From a virus: 64,000 nt of DNA. The stretch lies in the IMG/VR virus record IMGVR_UViG_3300024996_000004; one strand, written 5' to 3'. Positions 37,318 through 45,211 of the stretch are shown here, piece after piece (position 1 is the stretch's first letter; every line of letters starts with the position of its first letter). Position numbers and translations under genes: made by a program. Under the pieces are notes generated by a model. The model was not told the origin of the DNA. It saw only the letters and a list, made by a program, of their open reading frames with translations, and searched no databases.

Positions 37318-39230
37318 TATTATTAACAGATATTCTTTTTCCGACAAAATATGCTAAATGGCGTATAGAAGAAATCAAAGCTTTTATTGATACATTCCAA
37401 ACTGATATTTTAGTTTATAAAATAGATTCATATGCAGGAATCAATTATGAAGTAGATTATGAATGTATGAAGGAATATTTTGATTTATCAAAATACAACA
37501 TAATAATATTTGATTCAAAATATAATTATTTAAACAAATATAATACAAAAATTGATGGAACAAAATGGAATCGTAAAGGAAAACACAGTTTTCTATTCAC
37601 ATTATCGGATACGGTAGATATGTCGAAATATGATACGATTTATCATATTTTTTTATCATCTTATCAAAGATTCAATTCCGAATATACGGTAAAACCAAAT
37701 AAACAATTTATTCATTTATATCCCGGTGGTGGATATTCTCATTCAAAGTCTTTAGTGGGTTTATCTAAAGATGTTAATGTTATATGTACTCAACCCTTTA
37801 CATCTACAGATGTAAAATCACACAAATTATACAATTCTATTGATGTATATGGAAGCACATTATTAAGCAAAACTGAAAAAGAACGATTTAAATCAAAAAA
37901 TGATTCGCAATTGAATATATGTTTTTCTAGTATGGGGCAAGGAATCCAAAAAGGTAGTGATTTATATACTGCAGTTGCAGATAGTTATCTTAAATTATAT
38001 CCCAACGATGATGTACAATTTACGTTCATAGGATCAACAGCAGGATTGACAAATTTTAGTAAAAATGTAAATTTTATAAAACCAATGTCTCAAGTCGAAC
38101 TAGATGATTTTTATTATCACAATGTAGATATATTAATCAACACAGAAAATGGAAGCGCTTTGAACGGTTGGCCGTTAGGTGTTGAAGCGGCACTACAAGG
38201 AGTAGTATTGATAACTACTGATGTACATCATTCTAATAATTATTTTAAGTATACGAATGACATGTTAGCTATTATTGATACGAAAAATCAAACACAAATT
38301 ATCAACATTATTAAAGACTTGTACAACGATAGAAATAAATTACTAAGAATGTCAAATAATATTCAAAAACATTCAAAACAAATATTTTCTTATGATAATC
38401 AACAACGCAAAATATTTGATTTTATTAAAAAGAGTAATTCTAAGGTCGGAATAGAATCGTATAGATCAATATGTCCATATTATGCACACGAAGATTCTAC
38501 CTATAAATTGAAACCAAATTATTATAATCCCATGCAATCGAGTCATGTTGACATAATTCATTCAAATTTTAAAGAATTAATATTTGATGCTATTGAAAAT
38601 GTTAAACCTTTGACTATGACACGTTATAACGATGGTGAATGGATATCTCTTTTAAAAATTCAAGATAATAAATTATACCCCATTCATTTTCCAAAATGGG
38701 GTCAATCTGGTCAAAATTTCGTAGATGATAAATTGTTTCCTATCATTGAAAATAATATAGAATACTATATTGGAATATCATCTGAAGTAATGAAGAAACC
38801 ATATATGATGAAACATATAGTTCCATACATAAAAAATTTCAATATATTTGATGGTGGACTATTTGCAAGAATGAATTTAGATGGATCATTCTTACAAATG
38901 TTAAAAATGTTAAAAAATAGGAATGTTATTGTTGTCGGTCCAGAATATTTGAATAAATTGGCTTCAAAATTTAATTTTAATCATATAAAAACTAACATAA
39001 AAAATGTTTGGAATGACTATGATCTTATTCATGATGAAGTTAAAATAATGATAGACAAATTAGATAATCCCGTGATATTGTATGCATGTTCATTCGTAGC
39101 AAAAGTATTAATAGATAAATTTTATCATGATTACGATAATTATTTGTTACAATTAGATGTGGGTGCAGCATTAGATGTGTACGCAGATGTTAATAGTAGA
39201 CCATGGCATGGAAGTATTTCCAAGGAATAA
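37314..39230 (+). CDS. Two-domain glycosyltransferase (GT-B/GT4-like plus GT-D-like)
   Basis: N-terminal QKGSD...ELDDFY..VDILI...GWPLGVEAALQGV.LITTD (GT4-like). C-terminal MTRYNDGEW...LDVGAALD (GT-D-like). Confidence 0.78.
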   Translation: MILLTDILFPTKYAKWRIEEIKAFIDTFQTDILVYKIDSYAGINYEVDYECMKEYFDLSKYNIIIFDSKYNYLNKYNTKIDGTKWNRKGKHSFLFTLSDTVDMSKYDTIYHIFLSSYQRFNSEYTVKPNKQFIHLYPGGGYSHSKSLVGLSKDVNVICTQPFTSTDVKSHKLYNSIDVYGSTLLSKTEKERFKSKNDSQLNICFSSMGQGIQKGSDLYTAVADSYLKLYPNDDVQFTFIGSTAGLTNFSKNVNFIKPMSQVELDDFYYHNVDILINTENGSALNGWPLGVEAALQGVVLITTDVHHSNNYFKYTNDMLAIIDTKNQTQIINIIKDLYNDRNKLLRMSNNIQKHSKQIFSYDNQQRKIFDFIKKSNSKVGIESYRSICPYYAHEDSTYKLKPNYYNPMQSSHVDIIHSNFKELIFDAIENVKPLTMTRYNDGEWISLLKIQDNKLYPIHFPKWGQSGQNFVDDKLFPIIENNIEYYIGISSEVMKKPYMMKHIVPYIKNFNIFDGGLFARMNLDGSFLQMLKMLKNRNVIVVGPEYLNKLASKFNFNHIKTNIKNVWNDYDLIHDEVKIMIDKLDNPVILYACSFVAKVLIDKFYHDYDNYLLQLDVGAALDVYADVNSRPWHGSISKE

Positions 39231-39233
39231 AAT

Positions 39234-39827
39234 ATGAAATATGCAATCATAGGTGCTGGTGGATTCGGTAGAGAAGTTTATCATCAAATGAGAAATTCAT
39301 ATCCATTCTCAACTATTATTGATTTTTTTGTTGATGATGAATATGTTACAGAAAAAACGTTATCATTAAGTAGTTTAAATATTGATGAATACAAAGTGTT
39401 AGTTGCGGTTGGTGATCCTATTAAACGTTCACAAATTGTAGAAAGACTTCCAAGCAAAACTAATTACCATACTTATATCCATCCATCAGCAATTATTTGT
39501 GATCCATCGATTACTATAGGTGAAGGCTCTATTATATGTGCTGGATGTATTTTAACTACTAACATTAATATAGGAAAACATGCTCATCTTAATTTGCATA
39601 CTACCATTGGTCATGATTGTGAAATTGGCGATTTTTTCACTACTGCACCAAAGGTTGCCATATCAGGTAATTGTAAAATAGGTGATCACGTTTATTTTGG
39701 CACTAATTCCTGCATTAAAGAGAAAATTTCTATATGTAATGATGTAACTATAGGATTAAATGCTGGCGTAGTAAAAGATATAAATGTTCCCGGAATTTAC
39801 GTTGGAACGCCTTGTTTTAAGAAATAA
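39234..39827 (+). CDS. Sugar N/O-acetyltransferase (PglD/NeuD family)
   Basis: IIGAGGFGRE, AVGDP..R, IHPSA, hexapeptide repeats, TIGHD and YVGTP. Confidence 0.9.
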   Translation: MKYAIIGAGGFGREVYHQMRNSYPFSTIIDFFVDDEYVTEKTLSLSSLNIDEYKVLVAVGDPIKRSQIVERLPSKTNYHTYIHPSAIICDPSITIGEGSIICAGCILTTNINIGKHAHLNLHTTIGHDCEIGDFFTTAPKVAISGNCKIGDHVYFGTNSCIKEKISICNDVTIGLNAGVVKDINVPGIYVGTPCFKK

Positions 39828-39834
39828 GTTTTAG

Positions 39835-39842
39835 TATAAATA
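39835..39842 (+). promoter_or_regulatory. gp55-type late promoter (TATAAATA)
   Basis: Perfect match, 12 nt upstream of tRNA-Val. Confidence 0.6.
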
Positions 39843-39854
39843 AACATACATTTT

Positions 39855-39928
39855 GCTCGATTAATTTAATGATAAAATGCTGATTTTACATGTCAGACAC
39901 GATGGTTTGATTCCATCATCGAGTACCA
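39855..39928 (+). tRNA. tRNA-Val(TAC), AT-degenerate
   Basis: Acceptor GCTCGAT/ATCGAGT, anticodon arm CTGAT-TTTACAT-GTCAG, T-arm GATGG-TTTGATT-CCATC, CCA. The D-loop GG is replaced by GA. Confidence 0.7.
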
Positions 39929-39934
39929 AAATTT

Positions 39935-40148
39935 GTAGAATCCACTGCAAAAGGTTAACTAATAATCCATAAATTAGACTGATCGCAATCAGACGCGAAG
40001 TGCGAAGGTGCCACTGCTACCACAATCGATAAGTGTAGTGGGTCAACCAGAAGACCGTGTTCTGGATATCTTTGTTGATGATATAAATTCAACATTCTAG
40101 TAAACTGCTGGTGATGTAACTAGAATAGGATAACCAGCACCCATTTTT
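39935..40148 (+). ncRNA. Unassigned structured RNA with 3' H-type pseudoknot
   Basis: GC-enriched, with no ORF. Hairpins at 39959-39977, 39979-39992, 40011-40041, 40047-40065, 40073-40094 and 40095-40125. Loop TGCTGGT (40106-40112) pairs with ACCAGCA (40133-40139). Confidence 0.6.
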
Positions 40149-40202
40149 TATATAAAAATTTAACACTGATCTAAATAATTTTAATAAAATGGATAATTAA
40201 TC

Positions 40203-40844
40203 ATGTTCAAAAACATGTTATATTATATTAGCATTATTGTATTAGTGTTTATAATTTCACTCTGTTCAACATCAGCAAAAAATACTTTACTTAATATTAA
40301 TTATAATATTACATTATATGGTGAAGTTAACCATGTGACGGCTAATGAAATAATTTCACGCATTCATCAATTGAACAAAATTAACACCAAACATCCAATT
40401 TTCCTTTTTATAGATTCTCCCGGTGGAAGTTTGTTAGCCGGAACAAAAATTATCGATGCTATGCAACAATCAACACATCCAATTTATACTGTTGATGTGG
40501 GTATGGCGGCAAGTATGGCTGCATACATTCATTCCTACGGAGATAAACGTTATATGTTGCCTCATGCAGTATTAATGTATCATAATGCATCTACTAGTTT
40601 TGATGAAGCTCCTTTGAACGTCATTGCTTCTAGAGTTGAAATGTTAATGAAAATGATGGCTATACTTGATATGAATATAGTAAACAGAAGCGGCAATATT
40701 ACTTACAATCAATTAAAACAAAATGAAGCCAATGGATGGTGGGTAATGACAGATGATGCTATGAAATATCATCTTATAGATGGTGTCATTTCTCTTGAAT
40801 ATTATCCACTTTCACAGCCCAAATCGATTATAATCAATAAATAA
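40203..40844 (+). CDS. clpP: ClpP-like serine protease with N-terminal hydrophobic segment
   Basis: IDSPGGS, GMAASMA (catalytic Ser), RYMLPHAVLMYH (His) and A.KYHLIDGVI motifs. Confidence 0.85.
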   Translation: MFKNMLYYISIIVLVFIISLCSTSAKNTLLNINYNITLYGEVNHVTANEIISRIHQLNKINTKHPIFLFIDSPGGSLLAGTKIIDAMQQSTHPIYTVDVGMAASMAAYIHSYGDKRYMLPHAVLMYHNASTSFDEAPLNVIASRVEMLMKMMAILDMNIVNRSGNITYNQLKQNEANGWWVMTDDAMKYHLIDGVISLEYYPLSQPKSIIINK

Positions 40845-40850
40845 TTAATT

Positions 40851-41360
40851 ATGATTTACAGAAAATTTCCTTATAAAACTGACTGGCTTGAAAGTACCAA
40901 GATTTTTAATGAATCTATCAAAGCGATTGAATCAAAATTTAAGATAGATAGAACTCATGATATTCCATATGTTGCTGGATATTCTAAAGATGGTAAAATA
41001 ATTTTTATTGATAAAGATATGCCAGAATCGTTCAAAAACAAAACAGGTAAAACCATTAAAACAGATAAATATCTGATATTGCATGAAGCTATTGAAATTA
41101 CTCTAATCAAAGCCTATAATGAAATATATCAATTAGCTCACCAAATAGCATTAAGAGTGGAGCGTGATGCTGTTGAATCTAATGGTATATCATGGAAAGA
41201 ATACAATGATTTTATGATGAAATATGTAAAGAAGATTGGTGATATACAACAATATAAAAATATTCCTCATGATCTAGATTTAATGCCTTATACAGATGAA
41301 GACCAAAAAATCGTCAATGGAATATTAAAGAAATATAAACCTATTATAAAGAGAAATTAA
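40851..41360 (+). CDS. Hypothetical late protein with HExxE (metallopeptidase-like) motif
   Basis: AATAAATA at 40836-40843; DIPYVAGYS, LHEAIE and AHQIA. Confidence 0.55.
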   Translation: MIYRKFPYKTDWLESTKIFNESIKAIESKFKIDRTHDIPYVAGYSKDGKIIFIDKDMPESFKNKTGKTIKTDKYLILHEAIEITLIKAYNEIYQLAHQIALRVERDAVESNGISWKEYNDFMMKYVKKIGDIQQYKNIPHDLDLMPYTDEDQKIVNGILKKYKPIIKRN

Positions 41361-41858
41361 ATGAAAATACAAAACATTCTAGAAAATTTTATGCACGACG
41401 ATATGGATGATGATTATGATCGTCCAGCCTTGAACAAAGGTTTTACTAAGGGCGAATCTAATGTTTTAGAAACAAATGTGAAAGTTGACAATGTTCAAGT
41501 TAACTTCGAAGTTTATCAGGATACGTTTTCAAAACTAGAAGGAGATGGGTGGAACGAGCCATTTTATTCATCTAATTATGTGGGCGATGTCACAAAAATT
41601 AAAATTAGTACTATGAATTATATTCCTTTAAATTTTGATTTTGATGTTGATTATGAATTGAGTTATCCAATTTCAGAAGACGAAAAATTAGATTTTGTTG
41701 AATACTTAAAAAATGATATGGTAACTGATTGGGAAGAAAAAGATCAACGAGTCTTTGAAAAGTATTTGAAACCATTATTTAATAATAATCAATTCTTACA
41801 AACCATGTTTAATAATATTGATACAGAATTGGATGATGTCGAGATTGGCGAAATTTAA
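41361..41858 (+). CDS. Acidic hypothetical protein
   Basis: 165 aa, MKIQNILEN N-terminus. Confidence 0.55.
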   Translation: MKIQNILENFMHDDMDDDYDRPALNKGFTKGESNVLETNVKVDNVQVNFEVYQDTFSKLEGDGWNEPFYSSNYVGDVTKIKISTMNYIPLNFDFDVDYELSYPISEDEKLDFVEYLKNDMVTDWEEKDQRVFEKYLKPLFNNNQFLQTMFNNIDTELDDVEIGEI

Positions 41859-41909
41859 CATCATTAGTCTATTGATTATGATATAAATAATAATCAATGA
41901 GTATAATAT

Positions 41910-42239
41910 ATGTACGATCTTATTAAACAATTAAATGAAATCGCACAAGATAGACAGCCTATTATCAAAGTTACTATCGAAAAAGATGATACTTTAGAAA
42001 AAGTATTGGATATTCAACATATTCCATTGAATAATATTAATGTTTATGTTTTAAGGTTAATTAAGCAATGGTTAGCGCAATTTAAAGACACGTTTGAATT
42101 GAAATTTAATACCATAGAAGATGGTCCACTAAATGATCTTACTATAAAAGCTATTAGTAAAACGGGAAAAATAATTAAATTTGATATATCAAAATTAACT
42201 TTTAGTGATGTATCAAATATCAAAAAACTATTGTATTGA
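41910..42239 (+). CDS. Hypothetical late protein
   Basis: TATAAATA at 41882-41889; MYDLIKQLNE N-terminus. Confidence 0.55.
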   Translation: MYDLIKQLNEIAQDRQPIIKVTIEKDDTLEKVLDIQHIPLNNINVYVLRLIKQWLAQFKDTFELKFNTIEDGPLNDLTIKAISKTGKIIKFDISKLTFSDVSNIKKLLY

Positions 42240-42264
42240 CAACTAACTTATAATAAAGTATACT
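42236..42264 (+). promoter_or_regulatory. sigma70-type promoter TTGACA-17-TATACT
   Basis: Upstream of the vWA gene. Confidence 0.75.
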
Positions 42265-42287
42265 CGATCTTAAATAGAGAATTTTAT

Positions 42288-42986
42288 ATGTCAATAACAA
42301 TGCCGAAATTACCAAAAGACTTGTCTACTAATAATAAAACTCAATTGATAAATGAGATTCAACAAACAATTGATTCTTATATGAATAGATTGGCGAAACA
42401 AAATAATGTTTATATCACTTGTATTTTAGATAGATCGGGTTCTATGGCGTCTACTATTAAAGATGCTATTGGTGGATTTAATACATTTTTGAAAGAACAA
42501 CAAGAATTAACAGTAGATAACAATGCTATGATGAGCATTCACATGTTTGATAATGATTATATTACTCATGTTAAAGATACATCTGTTAGAGATATCAGCC
42601 CATTAACTGATAAAATTTATAGTCCTAGAGGGAGCACTGCTCTAAATGATGCTATAGGTGAAACATTGACCGAATTATTAAAAGTTGATAATAAAAATAA
42701 TATTATTGTAATTCTTACTGATGGTGAAGAAAATTCATCTAAAAATTTTAATACAGACCAAGTAAAATCCTTAATCACAAAATGTGAAGAAAAAGATTGG
42801 AAATTTGTTTATTTAGCAGCAAATCAGGATGCTTTTTCGGTCGCAAAGTCTTATGGTATCTATAAAGGATTTATTTCTAATTATGTTGCTAATAGCGAAG
42901 GTATTAAATCAGTATATTTAACTGCTACAAATTCTGTATCAGAATATCGCGCACAAGTAGATAGTAACACTTATAAAATTATTTAA
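42288..42986 (+). CDS. vWA domain protein
   Basis: ILDRSGSM (MIDAS), PRGSTALNDAIG, ILTDGEENSS and YLAANQDA motifs. Confidence 0.88.
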   Translation: MSITMPKLPKDLSTNNKTQLINEIQQTIDSYMNRLAKQNNVYITCILDRSGSMASTIKDAIGGFNTFLKEQQELTVDNNAMMSIHMFDNDYITHVKDTSVRDISPLTDKIYSPRGSTALNDAIGETLTELLKVDNKNNIIVILTDGEENSSKNFNTDQVKSLITKCEEKDWKFVYLAANQDAFSVAKSYGIYKGFISNYVANSEGIKSVYLTATNSVSEYRAQVDSNTYKII

Positions 42987-43016
42987 ATAGATTAGTTTCA
43001 TAGGAAACTAAAAAAC

Positions 43017-43045
43017 TTGACATATTAAACTTATTAGTTTAGAAT
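43017..43045 (+). promoter_or_regulatory. sigma70-type promoter TTGACA-17-TAGAAT
   Basis: Upstream of the porin-like gene. Confidence 0.75.
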
Positions 43046-43084
43046 GTTAGAATGTTAGGATAACAAATCAATGGAGAATATGTT

Positions 43085-43816
43085 ATGAAGAAATTTTTAA
43101 TGATACTGGCTGCTGTAACACTTTCTGTTACAACTTTTGGTGTATTAGCAGCGACATCTGATGCATCACAACCATCATTTAGTGGCAGCATTGATGCAAC
43201 TTCTCGTGCAGATTATCGCGGTCAAGAGTATTCAACTGGTCCAGACTTAAATCTAAGTTTGAAAGTCTCTGATATCTGATTAACAGGTTTATATGTACGC
43301 GGAGATTTTGGCAAGGTTGGCAATACATTTCCGTTAGATTCTGCCGGTTCTGCAATTGAAAGTGATGTTGGCGTAGGTTATACATTATCTTTAACTCAAG
43401 ATTTTAAGATTGATATGAGCATGAATCATGTATACAATGCCCAAGAATTTTTGACTAAGCGCGATGGTCAATTAATGCCATCAGATTACAATGAATTTCG
43501 TGCAAATGCAACATATAATGTATTATTTGCACAAATCGGACAAGGTATTGGTCAAAATAAGAATACTTATGTTGCTCTAGGCGTAAATATTCCAGTGACT
43601 GATAAGATAAAAGTTGGTGGTGCAGTATCAGCATATCATTATCAGTTGAATGGATTTGAAGGTTCAAGTACTCGTTATAACAATTCTGAAGTATTTGCAT
43701 CTTACAATTTGTTGAAGAATGTTTCGGTGTACGGTAAATATTCATTCGGTGGAAAGAATCTTTCAAATGAAGTTCTTGCAAATTATGGTATTGTAGGCGT
43801 TCAAGTTAAAATCTAA
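43085..43816 (+). pseudogene. Outer-membrane beta-barrel (TorF/porin-like) protein interrupted by one in-frame TGA (43277-43279)
   Basis: Signal peptide MKKFLMILAAV...; the track ORFs 43085-43279 and 43415-43816 share a frame, and the gap reads LTGLYVRGDFGKVG...DVGVGYTLS with no other stop. Amphipathic beta strands and C-terminal YGIVGVQVKI. Confidence 0.72.
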
Positions 43817-43840
43817 ACAACGCTTCACATAATTAAATAT

Positions 43841-43882
43841 AAAACCACGGGCATTGACATCCGTGGTTTTTTAGTTTATTAT
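43841..43882 (+). terminator. Intrinsic terminator whose loop carries the -35 of the next promoter
   Basis: AAAACCACGG...CCGTGGTTTT hairpin; TTGACA (43854-43859)-17-TATTAT (43877-43882). Confidence 0.65.
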
Positions 43883-43925
43883 CGTTAAAAGTAAAACAAA
43901 TCACATTTAATGGAAGTATTATATT

Positions 43926-44318
43926 ATGAAAACATTTATGTTAATAACAGTAATGATATTGTCATTTATTATGTCTTTTAATGTCGTTGCACAACAAAGA
44001 TACCATAATTATGATAATCGATATCATTATCAATCTCATGTGTATCACGATTATAATCGTAATTATCATTATGATAATCGTCCGTATTATTGGAACAGAA
44101 CTGAAACGAATCGTAATCCATTGTATAGGAATCATCATTCACGATTTGGGTTCATTCCTTGGGTTGTTGGTGGTGCTATTTTATTTGGATCAATACAAAT
44201 TCCGCGTAATCAAACTATTTACATAGAATACGGTAATGTTTATCAAAGAGTTGACACATATTGTTTTGATCAATATAATAACCGATATTTCTGTGGTTAT
44301 CAATGGATTCAACAATAA
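43926..44318 (+). CDS. Exported low-complexity His/Tyr/Asn/Arg-rich protein
   Basis: Signal peptide, then RYHNYDNRYHY repeats, a hydrophobic FIPWVVGGAILFG segment, and a C-terminal C...C pair. Confidence 0.6.
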   Translation: MKTFMLITVMILSFIMSFNVVAQQRYHNYDNRYHYQSHVYHDYNRNYHYDNRPYYWNRTETNRNPLYRNHHSRFGFIPWVVGGAILFGSIQIPRNQTIYIEYGNVYQRVDTYCFDQYNNRYFCGYQWIQQ

Positions 44319-44328
44319 ATAGAACAAT

Positions 44329-44417
44329 GGAAAAGTGCGTGAGTCAGGATTAAACGGGCACCCTGCTAAGGTGTAATCAGAAATGATTCGTGGGTTCGAA
44401 TCCCACCTTTTCCGCCA
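44329..44417 (+). tRNA. tRNA-Ser(GCT)
   Basis: Acceptor GGAAAAG/CTTTTCC, G73, anticodon arm GCACC-CTGCTAA-GGTGT, long variable arm, CCA. Confidence 0.92.
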
Positions 44418-44423
44418 TCTTAT

Positions 44424-44498
44424 GGCTACTTAATTCAATGGTAGAATGTTTCTTTCATATGGAAAACGTTGTTGGTTCGATTCCAACAGTAGCCACCA
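44424..44498 (+). tRNA. tRNA-Met(CAT) (elongator Met; Ile2 not excluded)
   Basis: Acceptor GGCTACT/AGTAGCC, anticodon arm TTTCT-TTCATAT-GGAAA, T-arm GTTGG-TTCGATT-CCAAC, CCA. Confidence 0.82.
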
Positions 44499-44502
44499 AT
44501 CC

Positions 44503-44531
44503 TTGACATTTTAATTGATAATTGATAGAAT
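44503..44531 (+). promoter_or_regulatory. sigma70-type promoter TTGACA-17-TAGAAT with extended -10 TG
   Basis: Upstream of ORF 44555. Confidence 0.75.
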
Positions 44532-44554
44532 CCTTACCATAGAAAGGATAAATT

Positions 44555-45211
44555 ATGAATAATCAAAATTTTGTTAACATATGTCGAACAATAACACATA
44601 TTAGTTTATTATCCGAAAATAACCCATATCATAATTACATAAATGTAAATGATATAATGCAATTTCAAAAAATATTTGAAAACAATCCTACAGACGTTGG
44701 AGTGTCAAAAATAACTTACTGGAAGTATTCAGCTGTTTCATTACGATGGGCAATATTTAATCTAAATGTGCTTTCACCAACGTATTTTGACGATGAAGAT
44801 TTAATATTGGAAATTAATATAGAAGATCAAAAACCTTTTACATGCAAAAAATTTACATTTAGTTATTTGTTTGGTGACATGGAAGTATTGCAAAATGCAT
44901 TAAATGATTATTATCAACATCTTGTAAAATTAGATCATGAAAAGATGGAAACTACTGATTCGATGACAGATAAGAAAAATCCTTTAGAAGAAACTCAATC
45001 TATTTATGATGAATGTTACACAGCTTTCAGAACAAATCAAGTCGCATGTAAATTTTCAAGAACATTCAAAAGAATGCATAGAATTTTAAATGATGTGGAA
45101 GATACATTTAGACAAAATGATTATGAAGATTCTATTATTGCATTAAATTCCTTAAATGAATATTGTGAGCATATGATTACGAAAATAAAGGACATTAAAA
45201 ATAATGAGTGA
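44555..45211 (+). CDS. Hypothetical protein
   Basis: 218 aa with AAGGA RBS. Confidence 0.6.
   Translation: MNNQNFVNICRTITHISLLSENNPYHNYINVNDIMQFQKIFENNPTDVGVSKITYWKYSAVSLRWAIFNLNVLSPTYFDDEDLILEINIEDQKPFTCKKFTFSYLFGDMEVLQNALNDYYQHLVKLDHEKMETTDSMTDKKNPLEETQSIYDECYTAFRTNQVACKFSRTFKRMHRILNDVEDTFRQNDYEDSIIALNSLNEYCEHMITKIKDIKNNE

Noticed and set aside
39935-40148. tmRNA, RNase P RNA, cobalamin riboswitch or tRNA-linked theta (HDV-like) ribozyme
   Set aside because: No tRNA-like GGGG...CCA ends or tag ORF, no GAGGAAAGUCC core, no B12 box, and I could not build the nested HDV double pseudoknot at the tRNA 3' end. It is kept as an unassigned RNA.
29516-43279. Genome-wide TGA-to-Trp recoding (genetic code 4/25) suggested by two in-frame TGA codons
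   Set aside because: Many intact genes end at TGA, often in ATGA overlaps with the next start (6113, 7159, 20402, 21489, 26381, 37317, 51939). TGG is used for Trp throughout, no tRNA with a TCA anticodon was found, and the ATP-grasp gene has other lesions.
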